DNA of 64,000 bases, from NCBI RefSeq assembly GCF_006345805.1, contig NC_043012.1:12152001-12216000 (forward strand), written 5' to 3'. Below, piece after piece: positions 40,123-53,228 of this stretch. Below the pieces are notes generated by a model, which worked only from the letters and a program-made list of their open reading frames with translations, did no database searches and was not told where the DNA came from. This DNA is from Octopus sinensis (taxonomy: Eukaryota). Both the position numbers and the translations under genes were made by a program. How positions within the stretch are numbered: the stretch's first letter is position 1; every line of letters begins with the position of its first letter.

Positions 40123-40491
40123 TCTCCAGCTACATCCCCCGAGAGGCAAATTTACTGCTGTATGCATCCAGAAATAGCATTTCTTAATTTCTTATGTGTG
40201 CGCTGCGTCTGAAAACAACATTATATAGCGGAGCAAAGACAAAAAAGCGTCCCAGCAGCGGAGGTGAGAGAACGACTACATTTTAGCCTCATTGGGCCGG
40301 CTGTGAGTACACGCCATTGACAAGACCCAACGAGGTCGAAATGGAACTAGCGTTCTTGCTATGCGCAAGTATATACATGGGAGTAGATACACTCATAGAT
40401 ACTCATCTACACATCTACACATATATAAACATGTATTATACATACATGCATACACATGTGTATCTATCTATGTGTGTGTGTGTGTGTGTGT

Positions 40492-40525
<34 letters not shown>

Positions 40526-41624
40526 GAAAGGGACATGATTTGTGACAGTCTCTAGATATTTAAATGTTCTGCTCATTTTCGAAGGGTAATCCATATGAAA
40601 CAGTGTAGTGGAAAGAGATGCAATGGTACTACGTGTTTTTGTAACGATGAATATTATTATTGTGATATCATATAACGTTGCTTGTAATACACTTTAATCA
40701 CATATTTCAATTGTACACCTGTAGAGGAGCTAAGAGATATTTATAGGTTTTTGCCGATGTTGCTGGTAGTGCTGCTGCCGTTGCCGCTGTTGCTGCCGTC
40801 AGTGCTGCTGACGCTGCCGTTGTGGCAGTTGTTTATAGTGTTACATTTCCTTGCTATGCGATCTCCGTGCAAAGTGTTGATAAAACAATCAGCAATATAC
40901 TGCGTTCAATAGACTAAATATTTACGAATACCGTTGTTGTTTAATCTGTTAGTGAAGTTTAATTGAACAGATCTAAGATCAAAATGTCCCAGAATCGTGA
41001 TCCGCAAACGTTTGCGTATTTAATACTAAATGCACATATCTCTTATCCATTTAAATCGCAACATGCGATTTTAGGGAATGTGACTAGCATTTCTGATAAA
41101 TCTCAGAGTATAAATAAAGACTTACCTATTAATGCTATTTTTTAATTGCTGGTGTTTAAGCCTAGATTGACTCTAATTGAAAGTCAGCCTCCAACTCCAC
41201 TCTCATCTCATCTTTCCTTTTCACATCACTCTCATTTCGCTTGCTTCTCCTCATCATTCCAGCCCTCTTTCTTTCAAACACTCTCCCCGTTTCTCTCCCT
41301 TACTACTTCGTGTCCACGTATGAAGTTAACACGAATCTGGGTTTGTTTTCGGCTGTAACCATGTTTTTTTTTTTTACTCAGAGAATGTAAATCTCTGCAG
41401 TGTATCTTTAACTTTTCGCTTGTCAATGCTTCTCAGGAGAACGAAACTATCCGAAAGGCTTGGTTTTCCACTACCCACGGCAAGTTGAGTGCATGTTTTC
41501 TTTTGTTCATTTTAATAATACAAATCCTGTCAATGCAGATCTACTCCAGTATGTTCATGAGCGCAAAGTATGTCCATTCTCCCCAGTGCGTCTTGTAACA
41601 AGATTCGTGCATACATAGATGTGT

Positions 41625-41687
<63 letters not shown>

Positions 41688-41727
41688 CAGACAGGAATGT
41701 GTGTGTGAGTGTGTGTGTGTGGATGTA

Positions 41728-42615
41728 TGTGGTCTGATCAATAAGCATCAGAACTGATCCTGTACTAACGGTGCCAAAGGACAGCAAAGCTGCTTGGCAC
41801 AGATTGACCTTGAACACTGTTGTGCATGCGCACTAAGTTTTAACGTTGTAGCTCACTTCCACTGTTTACAACAGTGCTTAGAAGGAAGGTGTGTAGCGTG
41901 GTATCGTCACATTGACCATGAGAGATAAATTTGAGTAGAGAATCTGCATCAAATTTCGCCAGAAGCTTGGCGATACCTACTCAGTGGCCAACGCAAAGTT
42001 TTCAAAAACTTTTCATTGTTCTTGACGCAATCAAAGAGATCTTCTGCAACTGAGACACAAGCATTTTTTGTTCAGCTGAAACTTGGTCAGCACAAACTTG
42101 GCAAACACGCGTCTCATATCCACATCTTCAGTGATAATGAGCTGAATTATACCGTAACTAATCTGCACGTCCTCTGATAACTCACGGATGGTGATTCGAC
42201 GATTTCCCCTCAGAGTTTCACGCACATCTGCGAGGTTTTTCTGAGTTTTGCTGGTTGTGGGTCTCCCAGAACGATCGTCAGTATCAAAATTTTTCGGCCA
42301 TCCTGGAAACGTCTGAACCACTCGTACACTTGTGTGCATCTCATATGTCCTCTCCATACATTTTCCCCAACTTTGCGTAGGCCTCTGAGTAGGTATCGCT
42401 ATGACAAACTCACTCCGCCATGGTCAATGCGACGATCACATGCTACACACGTTCCTTCCAAGCACTGCTCTAAACAGCACAAGTGAGCTAGAACGTTAAA
42501 ACTTAGTGCACATGCACAGCAAAGGTCAAGGTCAATCTTTGCCAAGCGGCTTTATTCTGCGTGCTACAGTTTCGTTACTATAGCAACAGTCCTGATACTT
42601 ATTGATCAAACCTCG
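41728..42615. mobile_element. Mariner-derived fold-back element with two inverted 5' ends
   Basis: TA TSDs at 41726-27 and 42616-17; TIR (c/t)G(a/t)GGT(c/t)TGATCAATAAG; ~270-bp inverted arms. Left arm encodes MRDKFE*RICIKFRQKLG; minus ORF has DDRSGRPTTS..RRITIRELSE..MRRVFAKFV (mariner HTH). Confidence 0.9.
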
Positions 42616-43449
42616 TATGTATATATGCACACTTGAGTGTTTGCACACACGCATACATGTAAATGGCTGTACATGAATCTTGAGCGACGAGTAATATAAT
42701 GTTATTCAATATTTCATAAGACAGAGCTACATCATGTGTTTAATACGTTGCTTTCAAGATATCAATATCTAACACTAAGATTGTGTGACATGTATACTGG
42801 TTGAGAAAATCAGTCTAAAGAGATTCAGAATAGCCGTAATTTAGTTCCTGATCACGTGCTCTCATCAACTTTGTGTTCACTCCAAAGGTTGTTCAAAGCT
42901 ACACGAAGCTTGTTTCCATGCTCATAATAAATTAGCTCTGTGGTTAAATCAAGAATAACAATGACAGACTTGGGATGCTAAGTGTGTGTGGAGGAGAATG
43001 TAGGCTCCTGAGAAATCAACCCGGAAACTTGTTACTGCTGTGGACGTTGTCTTTGTTTAGCCCAAGGTCAGTTTGTGTCTAACAGAGACTTAATGATCAA
43101 AAATTTCCACTCGTTTCCTTTTACCATTTATTTTCACATAATACGTTTAAAGCTGTAAATTTCTATGAATTCTTGACTGTGATTTGAGGGGGATTTTATG
43201 CTCTTTCTAGGAGATTACCGCATAATAGCACTCGTGTTGTTTTTCCACCGCCCCGGTTTGTTCCAGGCTTTTAATAAGGATTTCTGATAATGATTTCTAA
43301 TTTAGACACAAGGCCAAAAGTTGTGAATACTAGGGTTTAGTCGACTCCATAGATATTTTATTTTATAGACCTCCGCAAAGTATTTTGTCTGACGCGCAAA
43401 CGATTCTGTCAGTTCGACGAACAGGTCCGCTTGCAATAATTCTTCGCAA

Positions 43450-44020
43450 TTTCGGCACTATGTCAGCAATGTTTAGGGATGGAGGAATCGGGTTACATCG
43501 ACTTCAGTACTGAACAGTTACTTATCTCTCTCTATATAAACGGAAGTTTGTCTGTGCGTGTTTCTGTGTGTCTGTTTGCTTGTACCCTCACTCTGACCAC
43601 GGCTTTCAACCGATTCTGATGAAACTTGACACACACATAGCCCAATATCATAATCAAAACTAACGCAGCGAAAATTTTGAAAAGTTCCCCTAGTTCTGAA
43701 AAAAATCGATAAATTCGACATGGGGTCGAGAATAAAAAAAATAAACCACAGAGTCTAGGTACGCAACTCACCTTTTTTTACTCTCAAAAAAAATTTACCA
43801 TATTTTTTTTCTATTTTTTGCTATTTTTTGGCTATAACTCTCTAAAAATGCTTTATAGTTATTTCCCTTACAAACCTGAGCAACGCCGGGCGATACTGCT
43901 AGTTAAGTATAAAAAGCAAAGTCGACCTCGGCAGTATGTTTGATCTCAGGATGTAAAGAATCGGAGGAAATGACGCTAAGTATTTTGTGCGTCGAGTTCA
44001 GGATTCTGCCAACTCGCCGC
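43450..44020 (-). mobile_element. SINE family C split by a Helitron
   Basis: ttacatcgac..tactta | ..gcaaagtcgacctcggc continues across the insertion. Confidence 0.75.
43525..43902 (+). mobile_element. Non-autonomous Helitron
   Basis: Inserted between A (43524) and T (43903) with no TSD. 5' TC-(TC)TATATAAA, then a (GTCT/GTGT) tract and aaccgattctgatgaaactt; 3' hairpin cctgagcaacgccggg and CTAG end. Confidence 0.85.
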
Positions 44021-44039
44021 CCGTCTTCGCTTGTAATAA

Positions 44040-44252
44040 TGATTTCAAAGTTTGGTACATTGTCAGGAAATTCGGGGGTGGTCGAAGTCGATTTCATCTA
44101 CCCCTGTGTTCAACTGGTATGTACTTTATCGATCCCGAAATGATGAAAGTCAAAGTCGACCTCGGCGGTATTTGAACTCAGAACCTAAAGACGGTCGAAA
44201 TGTCGCTAGCCGTCTTGTCTTGCATGCTAACAATTCTGCCAACTCACGGCCT
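44040..44252 (-). mobile_element. SINE family C
   Basis: aactggta..atcgatcccga..aaagtcgacctcggcgg..tttgaactcagaa..ttctgccaactc. Confidence 0.85.
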
Positions 44253-44478
44253 TTTCTTCGCCTGCAATAAATCTGTTTATGTTACAAATGCTACTAAAAG
44301 AAAATTAAAAGAAAATTACGGACATTAATACACTTGATCTTACCAATTGCATGTTAAGTGTAGAAATTATAAAATGATCCTCCAGAAAATTGTAAGCAAT
44401 AATTCTAAGTTTGTCAAAACGGAAAAAAATGATGTTAGATTTTTAGGTGCAAGACAATTTCAGGAGCTTGTATTATAA

Positions 44479-44706
44479 AAGCTGTGCCTATGAGCAATGA
44501 ATCAGCGAGCCGTGTCATGAAAGCTGTCAGTGAACTGTATCTGCGAGCTAGTGTTACACGTCATCAAACTCTGTCAGTGAATCGTATCATAATCCATATC
44601 GGCGAACTGTTTCTATGAACGGAGTCAACGATCCGTGTCATCAAAGCGATTCAGTGAATCCTATTATCAACATGTCTCAACGTGCCGTGTCACTAGACAT
44701 GTCAGT
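44479..44706 (+). repeat. Decayed ~13-bp minisatellite (consensus ~GAACCGTGTCAGT)
   Basis: Successive units such as gagccgtgtcat, gaaagctgtcagt, gaactgtatctgc, gaacggagtcaac and gatccgtgtcatc. Confidence 0.7.
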
Positions 44707-45069
44707 GGTTAGAGTTCGATAACTGACTAGGCAGAATATGCCTGTGATATTTTCGAGAAAAAGTACAACCGTTATCACAGATTATTATATTTCTTCCCCT
44801 TGCACACTAAAGCATAGCGCTTTATTTTCTTTGCATATCGGGAGTGTCATTACGGCAATAATGACTACACGTGATGATTCAGTTTCACTTCATTATTATT
44901 CATATATCAATTGATTTACTAATTTATTAATTAACTAATCGATTGTTTGCTTAATTAATCAATTAACTTCCTCAAAACAAAACAAAAAAAAGGCATTTTG
45001 TTAACTTTCTTATTAATGAAATACCCTATCTACTCCACTCGGTTAGTAAATTGATTAAATTGCTCAATG

Positions 45070-45235
45070 GTGGAGATAGTCAGTTACATCGACTACAGAG
45101 CTTAACTGGTACATATTTTATCAATCCCAAAAAGATGAAAGACAAAATATACCTCGACAGGATTACCAAGAACCTAATGAATCGGAAGAAATGCCGCTAA
45201 GCATTTTGTCCTACGTGCTAACGTGTCTACCTGCT
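45070..45235 (-). mobile_element. SINE family C, diverged
   Basis: ttacatcgac..taactggtac..gatgaaagacaaa..aaatgccgctaagcattttgtc. Confidence 0.75.
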
Positions 45236-45292
45236 TTCTACCTTTGTTAGCTGTGTTACTGTTAACTCTTTCGTCAACACTATTTAAAACAT

Positions 45293-45556
45293 TGCAGGTT
45301 CCAGTTGACTCAGTCAACGAACAATCTGCTCGTGAAATTAACGTGCAAGTGGCTGAATTCTTCAAAGACAAGCGTACTATTAAGGTATTTCTCAGTGAGA
45401 TTCAGCGTGACACAGCGAATGTGATAAGGCTGGCCCTTTGAATGCAGCAACGTGGAATAAAATGTCTTGCTCAATGGCAATGCGCCACTATGAATCGAAA
45501 TCGCAACCTGCTGACCGGGAGAGGTATATCCTAATTACTAAGCTAAAGGCCTTCAC
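45293..45556 (-). mobile_element. tRNA-derived SINE family E, diverged
   Basis: Minus head GTGAAGGC..CTTAGTAATTAGG..TTTCGATTC, then TTGAGCAAGACATTTTATT; body shared with the 58705-58815 fragment. Confidence 0.7.
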
Positions 45557-45596
45557 GGGCGTGAGAATATAAAGTCACAAACCTCTATAATGTATG

Positions 45597-45966
45597 TGGA
45601 GGCGTGTGGCTTAGTGGTTAGGGAGTCAGCATCATGATCGTAAGATTGTGGTTTCGATTCCTGGACCAGGTGACGCGTTGTGTTCGTGAGCAAAACCCTT
45701 CATTTCACGTTGACCCAGTCCACTCAGCTGCGATGGACTGGCGTCCCGTCCAGCTGGGGAACGCATACGCCATAGAAACCGGGAAAACGGGCCCATGTTC
45801 CTAGCTAGGCTTTAAAATCAGCCAAGGTCGACTTTGTCTTTCATCCTTTCGGGGTCGATAAATTAAGTACCAGTTACGCACTGGGGTCGATGTAATCGAT
45901 TTAATCCGTTTGTCTGTCCTTGTTTGTCCCCTCTGTGTTTAGCCCGTTGTGGGCAATACAGAAATA
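45597..45966 (+). mobile_element. Chimeric SINE: tRNA head + V-domain-like SINE fused to the 3' half of family C, single 20-bp TSD
   Basis: TSD acaaacctctataatgtatg at 45577-45596 and 45967-45986; junction near 45816. Confidence 0.9.
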
Positions 45967-47412
45967 ACAAACCTCTATAATGTATGGCATTTTGTGTCTT
46001 TCTTTGAATCAGAAAAAACCCCATATATATCATATATTGACACATATATTAAGTTATATGTGTGGAAGAGGAGGGGGATATTCAATTAAATTATCTCCTC
46101 TATAAGTCTGGTACCAACAAAAATCCATTAAATACTTATGAACTGATATATAAACACACATCTTAACATGCATAACGCGAAGTCACGTGTCAAATTTATT
46201 TTTCTTTTTTCTCGTTGGTTAGTTTCTCACTTTCTGACGTGTTGGAAGCAGAAAAAGAAGCTAAGCTGTGAGACGCGAAAAGAGAAAGAGAGAAATCTAT
46301 GAGGTATAGAAGCATGTGGAAAATTGAATAGGATGTGAGTCTGGAACTTGTATGACTGTTAGTCATGCAACAGACATTTAAATATCGGATAGGAAGTGAT
46401 TTGGGAGAAATTTGGCTGCAGTATTCCGTGTGAAGAACGACCAATTACTTAATTTTATTTATTCATTGATGAAATTTTTAGAAATGGAAATCTGTGATTC
46501 ACCAGTGTCTCCTATCGCGATTAGCAACTTAAATAACAGAGAAGATCGAAGTAGCTTTTTGAGCCTGCAGAAAACTTAACTATCGTTATGACGGCATCAT
46601 TTAAACTGGGGACACATTGATATGATTGTTTGTAAGATATTGATGGGTTTTCATTCAGGCACAAGGCCAACGGTTTTGAGGAGAGGGGTTTTAATCGACG
46701 CCACTACTAGACTTGTATGTGTAACCTAGAGTATATCGCTTAGAATCAGAAATGATCAGAGAAACTACCTACCTACCCACCTACCTACCTATCTACCTAA
46801 TATAAAAATAACTCAATCCCTAACGAGACAATCTCACTACTAGTCGAATATCAACAGTTTGTATCACGGGCTTGTGTCCATGGCCAACACACTTCTGTCT
46901 TGGGTCCAGACGCTCTAATGGACTTAGACTATGTGCCGTTTTTCAGATCTTACTTCAGACAAGTTGATATTTTACCACTTTCTTAACTTAACCTCTGCAG
47001 CAACTTGTAGCAACTCAAAATAAACGTTAAATTCATCAATTTCGTCAAGATGGCTTCAGAAAGCCTCAGAGGATCTGAAATTGCTAATGAGTGTTGTTCT
47101 ACTTCCTAGAACTAGTTAAGGAAATCATGAAAAGGAAACTGATTTGCACAATGCTTCACTTTTATAACCAACTTCCCAGGGAATTCGATATCAATGGTCG
47201 ATTTCTTTAACTCGTCTAGAAGATACATTATTCTTTTTCTTTTCTGTTTTCACTACACAAAACGAACGCTACTAGTTTTAAATTTACGATTTTAGAAGAA
47301 ATTCTACATTTGTTATTGAAATTCTTTTCACCGTCGCATGCACAATTTGTATTTTGTTGTAGCTTTCTCTTTGATCTATAACTGGTTTAAATCGCGTGAG
47401 CGTATACTCACC

Positions 47413-47445
<33 letters not shown>

Positions 47446-47489
47446 TTTCTCTCTCCCTCTTACATGGATATATATATATATATAGCAGC

Positions 47490-47527
<38 letters not shown>

Positions 47528-47528
47528 G

Positions 47529-47603
<75 letters not shown>

Positions 47604-47625
47604 GTCTGTCTGTCTGTCTGTCTGC

Positions 47626-47724
<99 letters not shown>
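47490..47724 (+). repeat. (TATC)n/(TGTC)n microsatellite
   Basis: Direct inspection. Confidence 0.97.
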
Positions 47725-48048
47725 GGTATGTCTGTCAACCCTGCTCTCACTTCATGTTTGTCAATTTTAATTTTTTGTTTTGTTTCAAACTATTTTTTCA
47801 CCATTTCTTTTAATCTTTTTCGTTTTACTCTTTTTTTTTCTTTTTCTGTTGCCTTTATTTTTCATTTCCTGCCTTTTTTCGTTACCATTTCCTTCCTTAT
47901 TTCTTCTTTCATTCTTATTTCATTCTAGCTATTCTACATGTTCCATTCTTGGCTTTCATTCATTCTTCGTTTGTTTAAACGAATAAAGAATACTTCCCTT
48001 TATCTACTGCATTCTTTTCTTGCTTTCTTCTTTCTCTATTGTTATTAC

Positions 48049-48112
<64 letters not shown>

Positions 48113-49050
48113 TTGCTTTCTCTGCAAATCTTTCTTCGACTTCTCTCATTCTCTCAGTCCCTCATTCCTTCCTTTTTACTTTCAGTCGTTCATTGTCATT
48201 CTTTCATTCTTTCATACATTCATTTTTTTGATTGAGTGATAGATTCGTTTATTAACCCCTTATTTCCTAATTTCTACTTTTATATATTTTCTTTCTTTGA
48301 TTGATCCCCTCTTTCCTTTTTTCTTCTTTAACTCCAGTACTTCATTATTTGACCGATCAATCCACTCATTCATTCACCTTTTCGATGGTTCATTCTTTCT
48401 GTCCTCAGTTGTTTCATTCCTTCATGGAATGATTAATTCATACGATTTCTCGTGCTTATGTGCCCTGTTTAAAATATCATCATCATCATCATCATCATCT
48501 TAACCACCACCAAAGTATTCTGTACAATATGGCGTATACAAAAAACGTTAAAATAATATCCGAGTTGCTTATCGTCGCTTGTATTTTTGCGTTGTCAAAA
48601 ATAGACGGATATGCTGATAAAGAGATATTTTCTTTAGAAAACGAAATTCTTCATCGTAGACATTTCTTTTTAGTTGGAACTATTCAGTATGGTAAGTCAT
48701 AGTCTTTGAATATTTTGGCAATGCTTAATGAACATTTCTATAGATTCCGGAAATTGAAAAGTACACAGCATTGGATTGTTAATATAAACATAGATATACA
48801 AACATACACAGTCACACATACACCGAAACAAGCACACGTACAAATGCACACACATATACACATCCGTATATATGAATGTACATACATATAGTCATACCTA
48901 CATACATATATGCATACACAAATATATGCATACATAAATATATGCATACACAGATGTGTGCACAGTAATAGTGAAATAGGCAGTTGATGTATTACTTTCA
49001 AAATTTGATAAATAAAATAATAAAATTAATAAGAACTATGTACTGGTGAT

Positions 49051-49315
49051 GTGGAGGCACATGGCCTAGTGGTTACAGCAGTGGACTCGCGGTCGAGGGA
49101 TCGCAGGTTCGAATCCCAGACCGGGCAATGTTTGTGTTTGTGAGCGAACTTCTGCTGACTCTTTCGCCACAACTTTCTCTCACTCTTTCCCCTTGCATCT
49201 TGCAGCTCACTTGCGACGGACCGGTGTCCCGTCCAGGTGGGGAACCTATACGCCAAGGAAACCGGGAGACCGGCCCTTATGATCCAGGCGTGGCTCGAGG
49301 AGGAACAAACAACAA
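49051..49315 (+). mobile_element. SINE family B, tail type 3
   Basis: A-box TGGCCTAGTGG, B-box GGTTCGAATCCC, (AAC)n tail. Confidence 0.9.
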
Positions 49316-50457
49316 TGTATTGATGGCGTGGCAGATGTGGGCATGAAGGATGATGATGATGATGATGATGATGACGACAACGACGATGCAGTGTTACGAA
49401 CCTCTACCATTGGAAAGTAGATAAAAACAAATTCATATTTTGAACTTGAAAAAGTCTTGCATATTTTTATTGCTCTACTTACATACATACGAACGGGGGA
49501 AATCAGTTCCCCACACAGAATACCTGTGCATGAACGTTCTTATTCTCATTATCGTTGACATCATGACTTAAATCACCATAATCATTAAAAACATTGCTGT
49601 GGCTGTCACAATATTCATCACCTGACTTCTGCATGCTCCAACGCCATAACTGCCTTCGGTGCCAGTACGAAACTAACACGGCAACCACCATGCCCAACAC
49701 CACTGACACAACTACGAACACCACGAACACCAACACCGCCAACACCGACATCACCGCCGCCAACCCTGTGACAGCACCTAGCATCGGTAGCTCTGTATTC
49801 TCCCGCGCTAAATGTACCGACATTTCAGCTACCATCATGCATAGCGTAACATCCGCCACCAATACCGACGCCATCATCGACACTACCACCAACGCCCTCA
49901 TTTCTACCATTTTCTATAAAAGTGTAATAAAATACGTCAAATCCCAAAATCACGAGCAAAAACGTCACGAACAACAACAACAACCACATCTAAAACATTG
50001 GCAACAAAAAACAACAGAGAAAAAAATTAACGATGGCGGCGGTGGTAGCGGTGGTGGTTGGTTTTGGAGGTAGCTTTTGCGCAATGATTTCGGTGGTGTT
50101 GGATTGGGGAGCGAGATTCAGTTTTATACTTTGACAGGATGTGATTCTTCTTTCTAGAACGTTCCGTAGTTGAATACAAATGAAGTATCCGCCTGAAAAA
50201 CGTTATATTATTGACAGCTAAAGAATCCTCTCTAGACTTCGCCTAATCCGATGAAAACCGCCGGGATTTTATTTGCTCTTTTTCTTGTTCTTTTGTAATT
50301 TTGATTTAAATACTGAATATAGCAACACGATTAAAAAAAATTCCCTTAACAATATCCAGTTGTGCCAATTATTTCTGTTAATGTGTTTAGGAATAATGTG
50401 ACTAGCGCAGTAGTCTGTCGATGAGACTCAATGAGGAGAGCTTTTTTATTTTAAGTA

Positions 50458-50995
50458 TTGGGTTGTCCGGAAAGTTCATGCCGATTTATAGTAGCTTACA
50501 TTTCGACTTATGGTTCAGTCCATAAAATAGGATTTGACTACACCTCCATTTAGAGCACAGTTTAAGCTATCTTTTCTTGGAAGAAGATTTATGTTCCTAT
50601 AAACTGTGTTAATTCTGTAACCCTTTAAAATGGAAGATAAGAAAGTTCATTTTCGGCACTTGATGCTTTGGGAACCAGACAAAAATAAATTGCTGCAGCT
50701 GGGCTGGGATGTGTTACCCCACTCTCCATATTCACCAGATATTGCTCCTTCGAATTTCCACTTATTCAGGTCTCTGCGGAATAGTCTTAATAGTAAAAAA
50801 TTTAATTTCTTGGATGACGTAAAACGATACCTCGATGAATTCTTTGCCATGAAACCACATCAATTCTGAGAAGAATGTATTTTCAAGTTAAAGGAAAGAT
50901 GGAGACGCATTGTGCAACAAAATGGTTCATATTTAGTTGATTAAAAATGTAATGGAACGTGGTTATTGACATTTTTCTTTCCTTTAAAAATCGGC
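50458..50995 (+). mobile_element. Mariner internal-deletion derivative (pseudo-transposase)
   Basis: TA + TIR TTGGGTTGTCCGGAAAGTTCATGCCGATTT. ORF MEDKKVHFRHLMLWE fused to LGWDVLPHSPYSPDIAPSNFHLFRSL..ERWRRIVQQNGSY; only AAATCGGC of the 3' TIR remains. Confidence 0.92.
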
Positions 50996-51309
50996 GTCGT
51001 TGTAGGAAATAAACTGGGAAAACTTAGGACTCTTTGTCTAGCATCTCATCGCAGGCGTCACCAAATACCACGTATACGCACATATACAACCATATTTTTT
51101 CTTTTTTTTTGTTTGTTTGTTTCTCTCATTCTACTGAGGCTATTATACTTCGGCACCGTCTTGAAAAGGTTTAGTTAAACAAATCGACCCACCCACTGAG
51201 TTATTTGTTTTAGTTTCGATATTATTCCATCGGTCATTTTTTTTTTGCTAGAATGGTCAGTGAGGGGCGTCCACAAGGTAAATAGTTGGTAGGTGGGTTT
51301 GTGAACAAT

Positions 51310-51656
51310 AGTTAAGGAAAGGAGTGGATAAGATCCTAGCTACTTATGTTTCATAGCGATCGGAACCGCGGAAGTGGTAAAAATCCAAGCGAGGTGTATA
51401 CCCCAACCTACTCTTTAGGCCAAGTATATCTTGATTAAATGAAAGTTTACATTCTTGCAAGGAGGTACATTCTGATTGACTCTACCATGTGTTAACATGT
51501 ACCTCCTTGCGAAAACGTAAACTTTCCTTTAATTAAAATATCTTCACCTGAAGAGTGGCCTGGGGTATACACTTCGCTTGCATATTTATCACTTCCGAGG
51601 TTCCGCTCGCTAAGAAACATATATATCCCGGATCTTATCTACTCCATTTCTTAACT
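51310..51656. mobile_element. Long fold-back element, each arm with a hammerhead-like core
   Basis: Arms 51310-51470 and 51497-51656 are imperfect reverse complements (26-nt spacer). The two-arm consensus is tggc-CTGAAGA-GTAG...CTA(c)-GAAA-CATATG-TA-gcta. Confidence 0.8.
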
Positions 51657-52328
51657 CTTGTATTCTTAATCGCATGCCAAGTAACTCTGGTTGCCTACTG
51701 TGAAATATTGTAAAGAACTTTTTTTGAATTATCGTACTTCGATAAGAAACAATCCACAACATTCCGTCTCAATAAATCACTAAGTTTTACTGTTTTTTAG
51801 TTCCAGTGTTGACTTGTATCTGTAGTCTTTTTCTCCTTTCTGGATTTGAGTATCCTAATTTCGCAAGACTGGTATTTGTACATACGTACGTACGTATGTA
51901 TGTATGTATGTATGTATGTATGTATGTATGTAGTATGTATGTATGTATGTATGTATGTATGTATGTATGTATGTATGTATGTGTGTGTGTGTGTGTATGT
52001 ATGTTTGTATTATATTTGTATTATGTATGTATATATGTATGTATGTAACTTTATGTGTCCTTATTCAAACATATATATACATGCGTTCAGTACATGTGTA
52101 CTATATTCCCAAAGAATTCTTTATAGAAGGCAAAAGTACTTTGGCAAATAAATAGGTGGTTAAACATTCGCTTCGATTTAAAGAGATTACTGTTCGTGCT
52201 TCTGATTCCAGTTCTTTCATTGGGATTAAAAGACAATGTCAACCGCCATATTTCAACAATATTCTGTCAAATACCTTTCAGTTTTCAAATCGTAAATCAA
52301 ATAAAAAAAGCAACAAAACGAAAGTAAA

Positions 52329-52364
<36 letters not shown>

Positions 52365-52761
52365 AAGTCGACGGCAGTATCTCTGTGACAATGAGTGATG
52401 AGGAAACCGCTTCGTGGTTATTTGGCTTCCTAGGGATTGCAGTTAAATGCCCGTTAAATCTCTACAAATCACAACAGTTTAAATATGGGAAGGAAGAGGA
52501 CACATCAGATGCAGTCATGGATTTCTTGTAAAAGAAATGTCAGTATGGTGATAACTAGAATAATATCGATCATAAAGCTTTTCAGAGCTGAGCTCAAGGT
52601 CATACTACAGCAAAGAGGACGACAACGAAAATGACGATTTCAGCAAAAGCTGTGATATTAGAACTTGAGTTCACATTGTCAATGAAAGGTTTTGCAGTAT
52701 CTAATTTGGACTTAATATATTACTATTGTTTCCTTCAGAACAACTATTTACATCTTTCATT

Positions 52762-53070
52762 TTCTACTTATTTCATACATTCGAGTGCGGTTATGCTGGA
52801 GCACCGCCTTGGAAGATTTTAATCGAATGAATCGTCACCGGTACTTACTTTTTAAAGCCCGATACCTGTCGTATCGGTTCCGTTTTGCCAAACCGATAGT
52901 TACGAGAACGTAAACAAACTAACACCGGTTGTCAAACGGTGGTGGTTGACAAACACCCACATACACACATATATACACATGTACACACACACGCATACCC
53001 ATACGCACAAGCATATATATATAAAGTGAAAGAAGGCCTTCGCATATATATGCATGTATATATACATACT

Positions 53071-53120
<50 letters not shown>

Positions 53121-53192
53121 CGTGTGTATATATATGTATATATACATGTATATATACATACATATATACATATATAGACACACACATATATG

Positions 53193-53228
<36 letters not shown>

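Noticed and set aside
46860-47210. Possible exon or LINE fragment
   Set aside because: Stops in all frames examined and no motif I can name with confidence.
49594-50073. 159-aa Thr-rich mucin-like ORF
   Set aside because: A decayed (ACC/CAA)n low-complexity tract with no splice support; the same applies to 12133-12324.
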